Shown in pieces: positions 44,188-51,780 of a stretch of DNA of 64,000 nt. The number at the start of each line of letters is the position of its first letter. Positions within the stretch are counted from its first letter, which is position 1. The notes beneath the pieces are model-generated. The model had not been told where the DNA came from and did not search any database. It saw only the letters and a program-made list of their open reading frames with translations. The position numbers and the translations under genes were made by a program. The stretch is taken from IMG/VR virus record IMGVR_UViG_3300045988_175328, positions 160,001 through 224,000 of that record. One strand, given 5' to 3'. Origin of the DNA: a virus.

Positions 44188-44826
44188 ATGAGCAAAGAAC
44201 CAAAAAAACTAAAAATAAATACAGAGCGCGCTTTTGATAATATGTTTAAAAATAATTTTAATAATACCATGTTAAATAATGGCATGGAATTATCGTATGC
44301 CATGGCTTTGTTTACTATTGTGAATACTACGAATATAATCAATATCTATACTTATAATAACGGAGATATTGAATTAATTGGTGAGAATAAGCATATTTTT
44401 AATTCTAGAACAAGAATATTTAAAATTCATTTATATTTTGGCGATAAAATTTATTACTGGAAGGATTCTAGTTTAAAAGAATCTAAAGATGAAAATACTG
44501 TTCAAAAATATGCCGATGAATACTATGAAATCTGTTTAGATAAAGAAGGAATACTTAAATTATTTAAAGAAGTTCTTAATGAATATAGCAAAGCAGAGCT
44601 CATTGAAGAAAGTATTTCATTCTTGTATCGTTTTCAAGAAGGATTAAATAAAATAACTTATGCTAATAAATATGGCGAAGTCAGAAAACATAATGTCGAT
44701 CCAAATTCCAAGATTAAAATTAGACGAGGTTCCACATATACTTCTGTCCGAGCATTTTTTAATGATCCAAATAGACGAGAAACATCTTCTATTAATGAAT
44801 CGTTTTTAAATCTACGAATTGTTTAA
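44188..44826 (+). CDS. distant YYWE-family paralog
   Basis: ..IHLYFGDKIYYWKDSS..YYEICLDKEGI.. Confidence 0.5.
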   Translation: MSKEPKKLKINTERAFDNMFKNNFNNTMLNNGMELSYAMALFTIVNTTNIINIYTYNNGDIELIGENKHIFNSRTRIFKIHLYFGDKIYYWKDSSLKESKDENTVQKYADEYYEICLDKEGILKLFKEVLNEYSKAELIEESISFLYRFQEGLNKITYANKYGEVRKHNVDPNSKIKIRRGSTYTSVRAFFNDPNRRETSSINESFLNLRIV

Positions 44827-44897
44827 TTTTATATTTCCATTAATATCTCATGTAATGATATAATAAAGTGATAAATACTTTTTTAAAGGAGACATAA

Positions 44898-45338
44898 ATG
44901 GAAACATATTATTCTACACGCGATTTTTGTGAAGAAGTATTGCGAAGCTTACCATTAGAAGAATCCACTAAAATTAATTTTGGAAAAGGCAAGGGAAATT
45001 TTGGTGGATTTGAATTTAGAAATAAAGACAATCGAATTGGATATTTAACGATTGAAAATTTAGAAAATCGTACTTATTTCTATTGTCTTTTTTTCTTTAT
45101 GTTTGAAGATCAATATGTGTATAGAAAAATAAAAGTCGATAAAAAGCCAAATGAAATTCTTAAAACTAAAAATCCTCCAATGCATGAAGATCCATTAGAT
45201 AGAATTTTGTATGTAATGGAGAAAACTCTTTTAGATTTTAAAAGAAAGAAAACAATCATGTATACTTTAGAAGAATTAAATGGTTTATTATTCGACGCGA
45301 GTAATTATCCAAATGGGGGGGGATTTTATGAAAATTAA
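44898..45338 (+). CDS. hypothetical protein (small paralog group with 45328-45675)
   Basis: INFGKGKGNFGGFEF aligns with INVSKGKNKFKFNFE. Confidence 0.5.
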   Translation: METYYSTRDFCEEVLRSLPLEESTKINFGKGKGNFGGFEFRNKDNRIGYLTIENLENRTYFYCLFFFMFEDQYVYRKIKVDKKPNEILKTKNPPMHEDPLDRILYVMEKTLLDFKRKKTIMYTLEELNGLLFDASNYPNGGGFYEN

Positions 45339-45675
45339 ATACGAAACAATAGATGAGTTAAGTCTATCTTTAAATATATTGCTTAAATATCACTATTTAG
45401 AACCTGATAATATTAATGTTTCTAAAGGAAAAAATAAGTTTAAATTTAATTTTGAAAAAGACAAACTTAGCTTAATGCAACTTGAAATGAAGATTTTAAA
45501 TAAGAAAGCATCAGGCGAATTTTTCTTTCAAGGATGCAAAGGAACTTATTATTTTACTGTGGATCAAGAAATAGATTCATTCTATCCATTCATTGAGTAT
45601 TTTGCTAAATACTATAAATTAAATGGTCATGATAAATTATCTTTAAAATTGGAGCCAGAAAATGCAAGATTTTGA
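45328..45675 (+). CDS. hypothetical protein
   Basis: The ATG at 45328 follows a G-run SD. Confidence 0.5.
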   Translation: MKIKYETIDELSLSLNILLKYHYLEPDNINVSKGKNKFKFNFEKDKLSLMQLEMKILNKKASGEFFFQGCKGTYYFTVDQEIDSFYPFIEYFAKYYKLNGHDKLSLKLEPENARF

Positions 45676-45976
45676 TTTTTTAGAAATCGATTATGCTGTC
45701 GATGAAGAAGATCCTAGATGGATAAATATTAAAAAATTAAATTTCAATAAGAATTTAAGTTGGCATAAATTTCCTGAAGATTGCCGATACAATAGTTATA
45801 TTCATTTTTATAATAACGAAATAGCTATTGCTATGTACACCGAAGATGACGCTCATACTTGTATGTATATAGAAGAAGGAAAGGACGTTAACATCGTTTT
45901 GTTCGATGAGTTTAAAAAGGTTTTAAATCAACAATCTGAAGAAATAAGAAAGGTGGCATTTAATTCAAATGATTGA
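45662..45976 (+). CDS. hypothetical protein
   Basis: ORF overlapping and coupled to its neighbours. Confidence 0.5.
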   Translation: MQDFDFLEIDYAVDEEDPRWINIKKLNFNKNLSWHKFPEDCRYNSYIHFYNNEIAIAMYTEDDAHTCMYIEEGKDVNIVLFDEFKKVLNQQSEEIRKVAFNSND

Positions 45977-46325
45977 CGATGAAATATTCCAAAAGATGCT
46001 TGTTCGATATAGAAATTACACTGACTTAAGTCAAGATTTCATCGAAAAAATTGAAGAATCTAACAAACAAAAAGTAATTGAACTAGAAGTTGTTGGTGTT
46101 CAAGAACCTGGAGTTTTTCATTTACAGTTCTTCGGAGAAAGAAGTAATGTAATTGGCGAAGCCAGTATCGTATATCATCAAGGATTAATTACCGGAATTT
46201 TAGATTTCGGAAGAAAAAACGAAGAAGTGTTTCCTTTCGAAGTATCTAATAAAAGTTTAAAGATTAATAATTTAATCCAAGAATTTGAAAAATACATTCA
46301 AGTTGATTTTATTAATGAAATTTAG
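45969..46325 (+). CDS. hypothetical protein
   Basis: ORF overlapping and coupled to its neighbours. Confidence 0.5.
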   Translation: MIDDEIFQKMLVRYRNYTDLSQDFIEKIEESNKQKVIELEVVGVQEPGVFHLQFFGERSNVIGEASIVYHQGLITGILDFGRKNEEVFPFEVSNKSLKINNLIQEFEKYIQVDFINEI

Positions 46326-46326
46326 C

Positions 46327-46353
46327 AGCCGCCCTTCGGGGCGGCTTATTTTT
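46327..46353 (+). terminator. intrinsic terminator
   Basis: AGCCGCCC-TTCG-GGGCGGCT followed by TATTTTT. Confidence 0.8.
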
Positions 46354-46387
46354 ATTTTCAACCGTCTCCAACGGAACAAGATGAATT

Positions 46388-46834
46388 ATGCAGAACGAAA
46401 AAAGAGCGTATCTGATCTTAGAGATGTTCTATCAAACAGGGAATGAAATTGTTTTCAGTGCCTTCAATAGAACCAATCAAGTGTCTTCCAGATATACAAA
46501 TTGCTATTATCGAAATGGTTTTTGTCAAAGACAAATTTTATTTGACGGAGGCAAGGTTTATCGATACGAAGTAGTCGAAGATTTAGATACAAAAATTAAT
46601 CATGTGGCTCATCAATCTTGTATTAGATATAAAGACTATGACCACATTAAACCTATTATGGAAAAAGAATTGATCGCTCGATATGGTATAACTAAATATG
46701 AGCGATATCTTAATTTAATTGACAGAGCCTGCAATGAAACATACGGCTCATTTACAACAGAATTTTATTCCTTTTCAATTCCTCCAATTGGAGAATATGA
46801 CGATACATTAGAAGACATAGAGGTGATATTTTGA
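46388..46834 (+). CDS. hypothetical protein (possibly a distant YYWE-family member)
   Basis: ..RQILFDGGKVYRYEVVED.. Confidence 0.5.
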   Translation: MQNEKRAYLILEMFYQTGNEIVFSAFNRTNQVSSRYTNCYYRNGFCQRQILFDGGKVYRYEVVEDLDTKINHVAHQSCIRYKDYDHIKPIMEKELIARYGITKYERYLNLIDRACNETYGSFTTEFYSFSIPPIGEYDDTLEDIEVIF

Positions 46835-46926
46835 GTCCGGCATTTGTTGTTTTTGGATATATTTTAGTATTATTATTAATTGCGGCCATTTTATGGGCGC
46901 TAGAAATACTATTATTTAACAAGTAA
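46831..46926 (+). CDS. small membrane peptide (31 aa, TTG start), not in the ORF track
   Basis: The TTG overlaps the upstream TGA, with SD AGAGGTGA 4 nt upstream. Sequence MSPAFVVFGYILVLLLIAAILWALEILLFNK. Confidence 0.35.
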   Translation: MSPAFVVFGYILVLLLIAAILWALEILLFNK

Positions 46927-46952
46927 TTTATTCTTTAAAAAGGAGAACTCTC

Positions 46953-47408
46953 ATGAACTTAGTAACTAAAGAAATAATCTTAACTCGACTCGATAAAAAA
47001 GGTGCACTAAGTGCACTTGAATCAACTATTGAAAAATTTCATGAAGAATATCATAATAATAAATATAATTTTAAAGATGTCGATAATCATATTGAAGAAT
47101 TTAAATTATATAATGGAGAGTTATTCTATCGCTCTACTAACGATATTAATATTGACTTAAATACATTAAAAAATAGTAACGATGAGTATGTAATTAATGA
47201 TTTAATGCGATTAAAATCTTCAGTAAATCTAGCTCTTCTATTAAAAGAAAAGAATTTTAATATGATTCCAGTACCAGAAGATCTTTTAGATAATCTATAT
47301 CTTAATATAAAACTATTCTTAAAAACAATTGAACGAATCGAGTTAGCATTAGAAGCTCTCAATCGAGCCGATACTATTCTTAATGGAGAGGATGGCTTCC
47401 GAGTCTAA
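46953..47408 (+). CDS. hypothetical protein
   Basis: ORF with SD AAAGGAG. Confidence 0.55.
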   Translation: MNLVTKEIILTRLDKKGALSALESTIEKFHEEYHNNKYNFKDVDNHIEEFKLYNGELFYRSTNDINIDLNTLKNSNDEYVINDLMRLKSSVNLALLLKEKNFNMIPVPEDLLDNLYLNIKLFLKTIERIELALEALNRADTILNGEDGFRV

Positions 47409-47630
47409 TGAAATACCGTCAAATTGTTAAAACGGTAGCACATGCTTGTATTAACTATAAATTAAGTCTTCCTATAGACTTTAAATTAATTTTAACAAGA
47501 ACTTCGTGCATGTTGTATGCTAAAGGAGAGAATGATGCTACATTTAAAGGTCGACTAATTTTATTGAAATTCAGAACTAACACTCGTGATTTTAATCATG
47601 AGATACAGTTTTGGAAATTAGTAAGCCTGT
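47408..47630 (+). CDS. hypothetical protein, exon 1 (interrupted by the IStron)
   Basis: The ORF runs into the intron, and the apparent TAG stop at 47630-47632 spans the predicted 5' splice site. Confidence 0.5.
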
Positions 47631-48127
47631 AGGGAAACTTGCAGGTAGAAATAGCTTTTAGCTATTCAACGAAGAAACTGAATTGCTGGGAACCCCTAAA
47701 GCTCAATTAACTACAATATAGATTTGAAATATAATCAAGTATGAATGTGGCGAAAGCAGAAAAAATAATTGAGATAAGATATGGTTAAACCCTAAGTCTT
47801 AAGATAATGGGCAATCAGCAGCGAAGCTCCGAATAGGAGAACGTTCAACGACTATTCCTCGTGAGGGAAGTACACCGTAAGCGATTGACGGTGGAAGTGG
47901 TGTCGCCTAAGTCGCAATAGCGATATGGATAAGATATAGTCTGTGCTTATGCGAAAGTATAAGATGCGCGTAATGGCGCTGGTTAGGAATAGCGATCCTG
48001 ATTGAACGAGACCTCACAAAACATGGTTCTAAAATGTCCTGTAAAAGTTTTACTGAAAAGTTGTTTTTTAGTAAAAGTATGTTATAATAATCTCGTAATA
48101 TAGTAATTAGAAAGCGAGGTGATAATA

Positions 48128-49378
48128 ATGTATGTAAATATGAAGCAACAGGTAAAACATCTAACAAAAGAAAAATACAATATCCTAAGAGAATTATGTA
48201 GGACTGCTAAGAATTTAAAAAATGAAGCAATTTATAATATTCGACAACATTATTTTCAAGAAAAACAATACTTGAGATATGAGTCGAATTATCATGAACT
48301 AAAGTATTCTGAAAATTATAAGCTTTTAAATTCTAATATGGCACAACAAACTCTCAAGGAAGTTGATACAATGTTTAAATCATTCTTTGCTTTGATTAAA
48401 ATGGCAAAGCAAGGAAAGTACAGTTTTAAGCATATACGATTACCTAAGTATCTGCCTAAAAATGGATATTCAAATTTAATCATTGCACAATTTAAAATTA
48501 AAGATGGTATTTTAACTATTCCAGTTTCTAATGCTTTTAAGGAAAAGCATGATATGAAAATTCAGATCAAAATTCCCAAAGCATTAGAAGGTAAAAAGAT
48601 TAAACAGATTCAAATTATACCTAAATTTAATGCTAGGTTCTTCGAGATTCAATATATATATGAAGTTCAAGAAGAAGATTTAAAATTAGATACCAACAAT
48701 GCACTGGCTATTGATTTGGGAGTTAATAATTTGTGTACTTGCGTTACAAACGCTGGTAGATCTTTTATTATCGACGGAAGGAAGTTAAAATCTGTTAATC
48801 AATTCTTTAACAAGAATTATGCTAAACTACAATCTATTAAAGACAAACAGCGTATCAAAAGACAGACGAAACAACAATATTTAATTTCTCTTAAGAGAAA
48901 GAATAGGGTTAACGATTATATCAATAAAACATGTCGATATATCATAAACTATTGCTTATCTAATAATATCGGAACTTTAGTTATTGGTTATAATCAGTCA
49001 TTTCAATGTAAAACTAATTTAGGTAGGAGAAACAATCAAATTTTTACTCAATTGCCATTTGGTAAGATTCGAGAAAAATTAGAATATTCGTGCAAACGAT
49101 ATGGTATTAATTATATCTTACAAGAAGAATCTTACACTTCTAAAGCTAGTTTTTTTGATAATGATGAGTTACCTATTTATAATGCTGACAATCCACAGGA
49201 ATATGAGTTCAGTGGAAAGCGTGTTAAAAGAGGATTATACCAGACTAAAGATGGTTATCTTTTTAATGCAGATTGTAACGGCGCATTAAATATTCTTCGT
49301 AAAAGTAGCGTTGTAGACCTTAGTGTCTTATACAGTAGGGGCGATCTGGACACGCCTAAAAGAATAAGGATCTTTTAA
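48128..49378 (+). CDS. tnpB: TnpB-like RNA-guided endonuclease (IS200/IS605 OrfB family)
   Basis: The RuvC triad contexts are ALAIDLGVNN, LQEESYTSKASF and FNADCNGALNILRK. The KRVKRGLY variant lacks the CxxC zinc finger. The ATG at 48128 follows GAGGTGA. The gene has its own extended -10 promoter, TGTTATAAT, at about 48081-48089. Confidence 0.85.
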   Translation: MYVNMKQQVKHLTKEKYNILRELCRTAKNLKNEAIYNIRQHYFQEKQYLRYESNYHELKYSENYKLLNSNMAQQTLKEVDTMFKSFFALIKMAKQGKYSFKHIRLPKYLPKNGYSNLIIAQFKIKDGILTIPVSNAFKEKHDMKIQIKIPKALEGKKIKQIQIIPKFNARFFEIQYIYEVQEEDLKLDTNNALAIDLGVNNLCTCVTNAGRSFIIDGRKLKSVNQFFNKNYAKLQSIKDKQRIKRQTKQQYLISLKRKNRVNDYINKTCRYIINYCLSNNIGTLVIGYNQSFQCKTNLGRRNNQIFTQLPFGKIREKLEYSCKRYGINYILQEESYTSKASFFDNDELPIYNADNPQEYEFSGKRVKRGLYQTKDGYLFNADCNGALNILRKSSVVDLSVLYSRGDLDTPKRIRIF

Positions 49379-49449
49379 GATCAAACTTCTTAATAAAATA
49401 ACTTTAAGTTATTTTTAGAACCATGTGATTTTAATCATGTGAGGTTCAG
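49290..49449 (+). ncRNA. candidate omega RNA (reRNA) scaffold overlapping the tnpB 3' end and the intron 3' end
   Basis: The position is inferred by analogy with characterised TnpB systems. Hairpin TGATT-TT-AATCA lies at 49426-49437. The boundaries are not determined. Confidence 0.35.
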
Positions 49450-49592
49450 TGAATCGAGATATTGATCTTAATGAATATAGCGCTTACGACCAAATTGTGT
49501 ATAAAACAGTAGAATCATATTTAATTAAAAATCAGGAGGCATTCTCTAAGTTTAATACATTAGTCGGCACTATTGAATCTGAAGTAGAATAA
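49450..49592 (+). CDS. hypothetical protein, exon 2
   Basis: Joining T at 47630 to TG at 49450-49451 gives a Leu codon and the continuous frame ..KLVSL-L-NRDIDLNEYSAYDQIVYKTVESYLIKNQEAFSKFNTLVGTIESEVE*. Confidence 0.5.
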
Positions 49593-49635
49593 AAAAGATG
49601 ACCCTGTATTTTTAAATTACAGAGTCATCTTTTTA
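49593..49635. terminator. bidirectional intrinsic terminator
   Basis: An A-run, then GATGACCCTGTA 49597-49608 / TACAGAGTCATC 49618-49629, then a T-run. It serves the converging plus-strand gene and the minus-strand HU gene. Confidence 0.75.
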
Positions 49636-49670
49636 GTCTATAGTAACGAGCTGATATTTGTATGTCAGGA

Positions 49671-49949
49671 TTATTTATTTAAAGCTTCTTTTAAAGCTTT
49701 AGCTGGTTTGAAAGCTACAGCTTTTTTTGCAGCGACTTTCATTTTTTCGCCAGTTTGTGGATTACGGCATTCGCGAGCTTTACGTTCACGAGATTCGAAA
49801 ATGCCGAAACCATGTAAGCTAACTTTATCTCCTTTTACAAGAGATGTAGTTACTGTTGCTAATACATCTTCAACTAAAGCTGTAATAGCTTTTAAAGTTA
49901 ATTCAGGATGTTTAGCAGCAACTGCTTTAATTAATTCTTGTTTATTCAT
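49671..49949 (-). CDS. hup: HU-type DNA-binding protein
   Basis: MNKQELIKAVA...GFGIFESRERKARECRNPQTGEKMKVAAKKAVAFKPAKALKEALN is the full HU/IHF signature (GFG.F..R.R.AR.GRNP.TGE). SD AAAGGAG. Confidence 0.9.
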   Translation of the reverse strand: MNKQELIKAVAAKHPELTLKAITALVEDVLATVTTSLVKGDKVSLHGFGIFESRERKARECRNPQTGEKMKVAAKKAVAFKPAKALKEALNK

Positions 49950-50124
49950 TTGTATCTCCTTTCTTATAAGTCAATAAGTAGCATGAGAAATACCTATTAT
50001 AGATTAAAATGTTTCTTGCAAGAAGAGTAGCACATAGGCACTAAACATACTACTTATTGCTTATATATTGTATTACAACGCTATTATATATCATTTAATT
50101 AGCTTTGTAAATAGCTAAATTTAA

Positions 50125-50195
50125 AAATCCTCTTTTTTGAGGCTATCATTTGCTATTCATTTAATATGTTAGCAAAATAAATCCTCATTTATGAC
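50125..50195 (+). promoter_or_regulatory. two AAATCCTC copies upstream of 50243
   Basis: AAATCCTCTTTTTTGAGG at 50125-50142 and AAATCCTCATTTATGAC at 50179-50195. Confidence 0.5.
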
Positions 50196-50242
50196 GTATT
50201 CGTCAATGTACGGCTTAGTATTATTTATCATGGAGGTTTTAT

Positions 50243-50581
50243 ATGATTGAAAAGGAAATATTAGTCCCAAGACTTGCAGCACTCACTTTCGACAATAAAA
50301 ATGATTTCGAAATTGAAGTAACTCAATGGGATGAAGTGCTTGTCAAAATTGAAGGCAAGACGGGAAATAAAGATGAATTCGCCCAGACTATTTTTAATTT
50401 AGAAACTGGTATAGTTATTTATGAAGTAGATGGTGAAGAAATAGATTCACAACTTATTGAGCCACAGTCTTTTGAAGAATGGGACTACGAGAATTGGCAA
50501 TGTGCCCATGACGATTATTCTAAATGGGTAGATTATATTAAAGAACAAGTTAATTATTTGTATACAGAAAGGGAATTTTAA
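50243..50581 (+). CDS. hypothetical acidic protein
   Basis: ORF with SD GGAGG. Confidence 0.55.
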   Translation: MIEKEILVPRLAALTFDNKNDFEIEVTQWDEVLVKIEGKTGNKDEFAQTIFNLETGIVIYEVDGEEIDSQLIEPQSFEEWDYENWQCAHDDYSKWVDYIKEQVNYLYTEREF

Positions 50582-51096
50582 TGTTAAACGTAACAGTAAA
50601 TAAAGAAATTTTAGGACAAGAAAATTTAATGAATATTATGGCTCAAACAGGAGCCACTATCGTTTCTCAAGAAGGAGACGATATTGTATTAGGCGTTAAT
50701 CCTGAACAAAAAGAAAATTTTGTAAAATTGTATGATGACGCCACTAAATTTAGTGGCGTTTATAAAGCTTCTAAGTTTGCAGGCTCTCTTATCGGGAAGA
50801 CAGCTGACTTAGGAAAGAAAGCTTTAGTTGGTACCGGCCAACTAGCCTTTAAAACTACTTTTGGTGTAGGTCGTCGCTGTGTTGAAACAGTGGCTGGTCT
50901 TGGTGCTAAAATGGTTAAAGAAGGGAAAGAAAGCTATGGTCAAATGATGGACTCTGAAGAGTTTAATGATTTACGAAATCAATTTGGTGGCTCTTCTGAT
51001 AATGGATTATCATGGAATTCTGTAGAACAGAAAGAAACTCCTACTCAAGAAGAAATTTTAGAAGAAGCCACAAGACTCAATGAGGAGCAAGGTTAA
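50581..51096 (+). CDS. hypothetical protein, AT-rich paralog of 28852-29337
   Basis: See 28852-29337. Start and stop are overlap-coupled. Confidence 0.65.
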   Translation: MLNVTVNKEILGQENLMNIMAQTGATIVSQEGDDIVLGVNPEQKENFVKLYDDATKFSGVYKASKFAGSLIGKTADLGKKALVGTGQLAFKTTFGVGRRCVETVAGLGAKMVKEGKESYGQMMDSEEFNDLRNQFGGSSDNGLSWNSVEQKETPTQEEILEEATRLNEEQG

Positions 51097-51716
51097 TGAA
51101 ATACCTATTAACTATTCTCGAAAATGAGTCTAATGAAGGAGAAGTAGCACTCCATTGTCTTAATGACAATGGAGTCTATCTTCCATTTCTTAGAAGAGAA
51201 AAATATCAATCTCTCGATCATTTAAATATATTAGTTGGCAATTTTCTTAAAAATGTAACTTCTATAGAAAATTATGTCGGCATTTTTCTGAGCGAGAATT
51301 TAATTCGATTAGATTTCAATGAAAAAATCTATAAAAAAGAAATTGAAAAATTTCTTAAATTAAATCCTCAATATGTTAATGAGCACTATACTGTCCAAAC
51401 TGGACAACATGGTAGCGTTATTACCAATGTATTCATTGACAAAAGAAGATTTCTAAAATTAGCAAAAAGCAAAGTAGGCAAAACATGGGCTTCTAAAGAT
51501 TTTAAGGTCAAAAATATAGTTAGCTACAATTTGCTTTTGGCCAGCGAAGCTGAAAAAGAAATCATTAAAATAAACCCTCTATTGTCTAGAAATGATATCA
51601 ATCATTTAATTCTTTGCCATGCAATAGTAAAGACTGAATTTGGCGATAAGGCATTTGAAGAGCTTGTAAGAAATTCTTCTCTTAATAATCACTCTTCATC
51701 ATCATTAATGCACTAA
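51096..51716 (+). CDS. hypothetical protein
   Basis: Translationally coupled ORF. Confidence 0.55.
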   Translation: MKYLLTILENESNEGEVALHCLNDNGVYLPFLRREKYQSLDHLNILVGNFLKNVTSIENYVGIFLSENLIRLDFNEKIYKKEIEKFLKLNPQYVNEHYTVQTGQHGSVITNVFIDKRRFLKLAKSKVGKTWASKDFKVKNIVSYNLLLASEAEKEIIKINPLLSRNDINHLILCHAIVKTEFGDKAFEELVRNSSLNNHSSSSLMH

Positions 51717-51733
51717 GTATATTTAGCAAATTA

Positions 51734-51774
51734 AAATCCTCACATTTGACATTTTCATAATATTAGCATATAAT
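51734..51774 (+). promoter_or_regulatory. consensus sigma-A-type promoter preceded by AAATCCTCA
   Basis: TTGACA at 51746-51751, a 17-nt spacer, and TATAAT at 51769-51774. Confidence 0.8.
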
Positions 51775-51780
51775 ATATTT

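Larger units (their letters stand above)
47631..49449 (+). mobile_element. IStron-like element: group I intron (5' ~400 nt) carrying a TnpB gene
   Basis: P1 is exon CCTGT 47626-47630 paired with GCAGG 47641-47645 (T.G wobble). A td-like block CTGGGAACCCCTAAAGCTC lies at about 47683-47701. P7 is GACTA 47850-47854 / TAGTC 47937-47941 within AAGATATAGTC. Long-range helices 48011-48018/49438-49445 and 48022-48031/49416-49425 enclose the ORF. The terminal G is at 49449. Confidence 0.7.

Noticed and set aside
25951-47660. GTAGAAAT-containing hairpin loops (25951, 28231, 36071, 38538, and GCAGGTAGAAATAGC in the IStron P1-P2 region at 47641) as Cas12a-type repeat or crRNA handles, or as dispersed IStron 5' ends.
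   Set aside because: Only a 9-nt core is shared. The copies are single and sit in 5' UTR positions. There is no repeat-spacer organisation and no cas12 gene. The resemblance to the intron 5' end is too short to distinguish from chance by eye.
47907-48167. 86-aa minus-strand ORF upstream of tnpB as a possible TnpA remnant.
   Set aside because: It has no HUH/Y1 or serine-recombinase motifs. It lies antisense to the conserved group I core (P7 to P9 region) and has no SD.
49708-49977. 89-aa plus-strand ORF.
   Set aside because: It is exactly antisense to the unambiguous HU gene and has no SD.
25577-51774. Interpreting every AAATCCTC copy as a plain sigma-A promoter (3' arm = -35).
   Set aside because: Only the copies at 39767 and 51734, and weakly 35282, have a credible -10 at 17-18 nt. 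The copies in the 25.5-31.3 kb block do not, so a single host-promoter explanation does not fit all copies.
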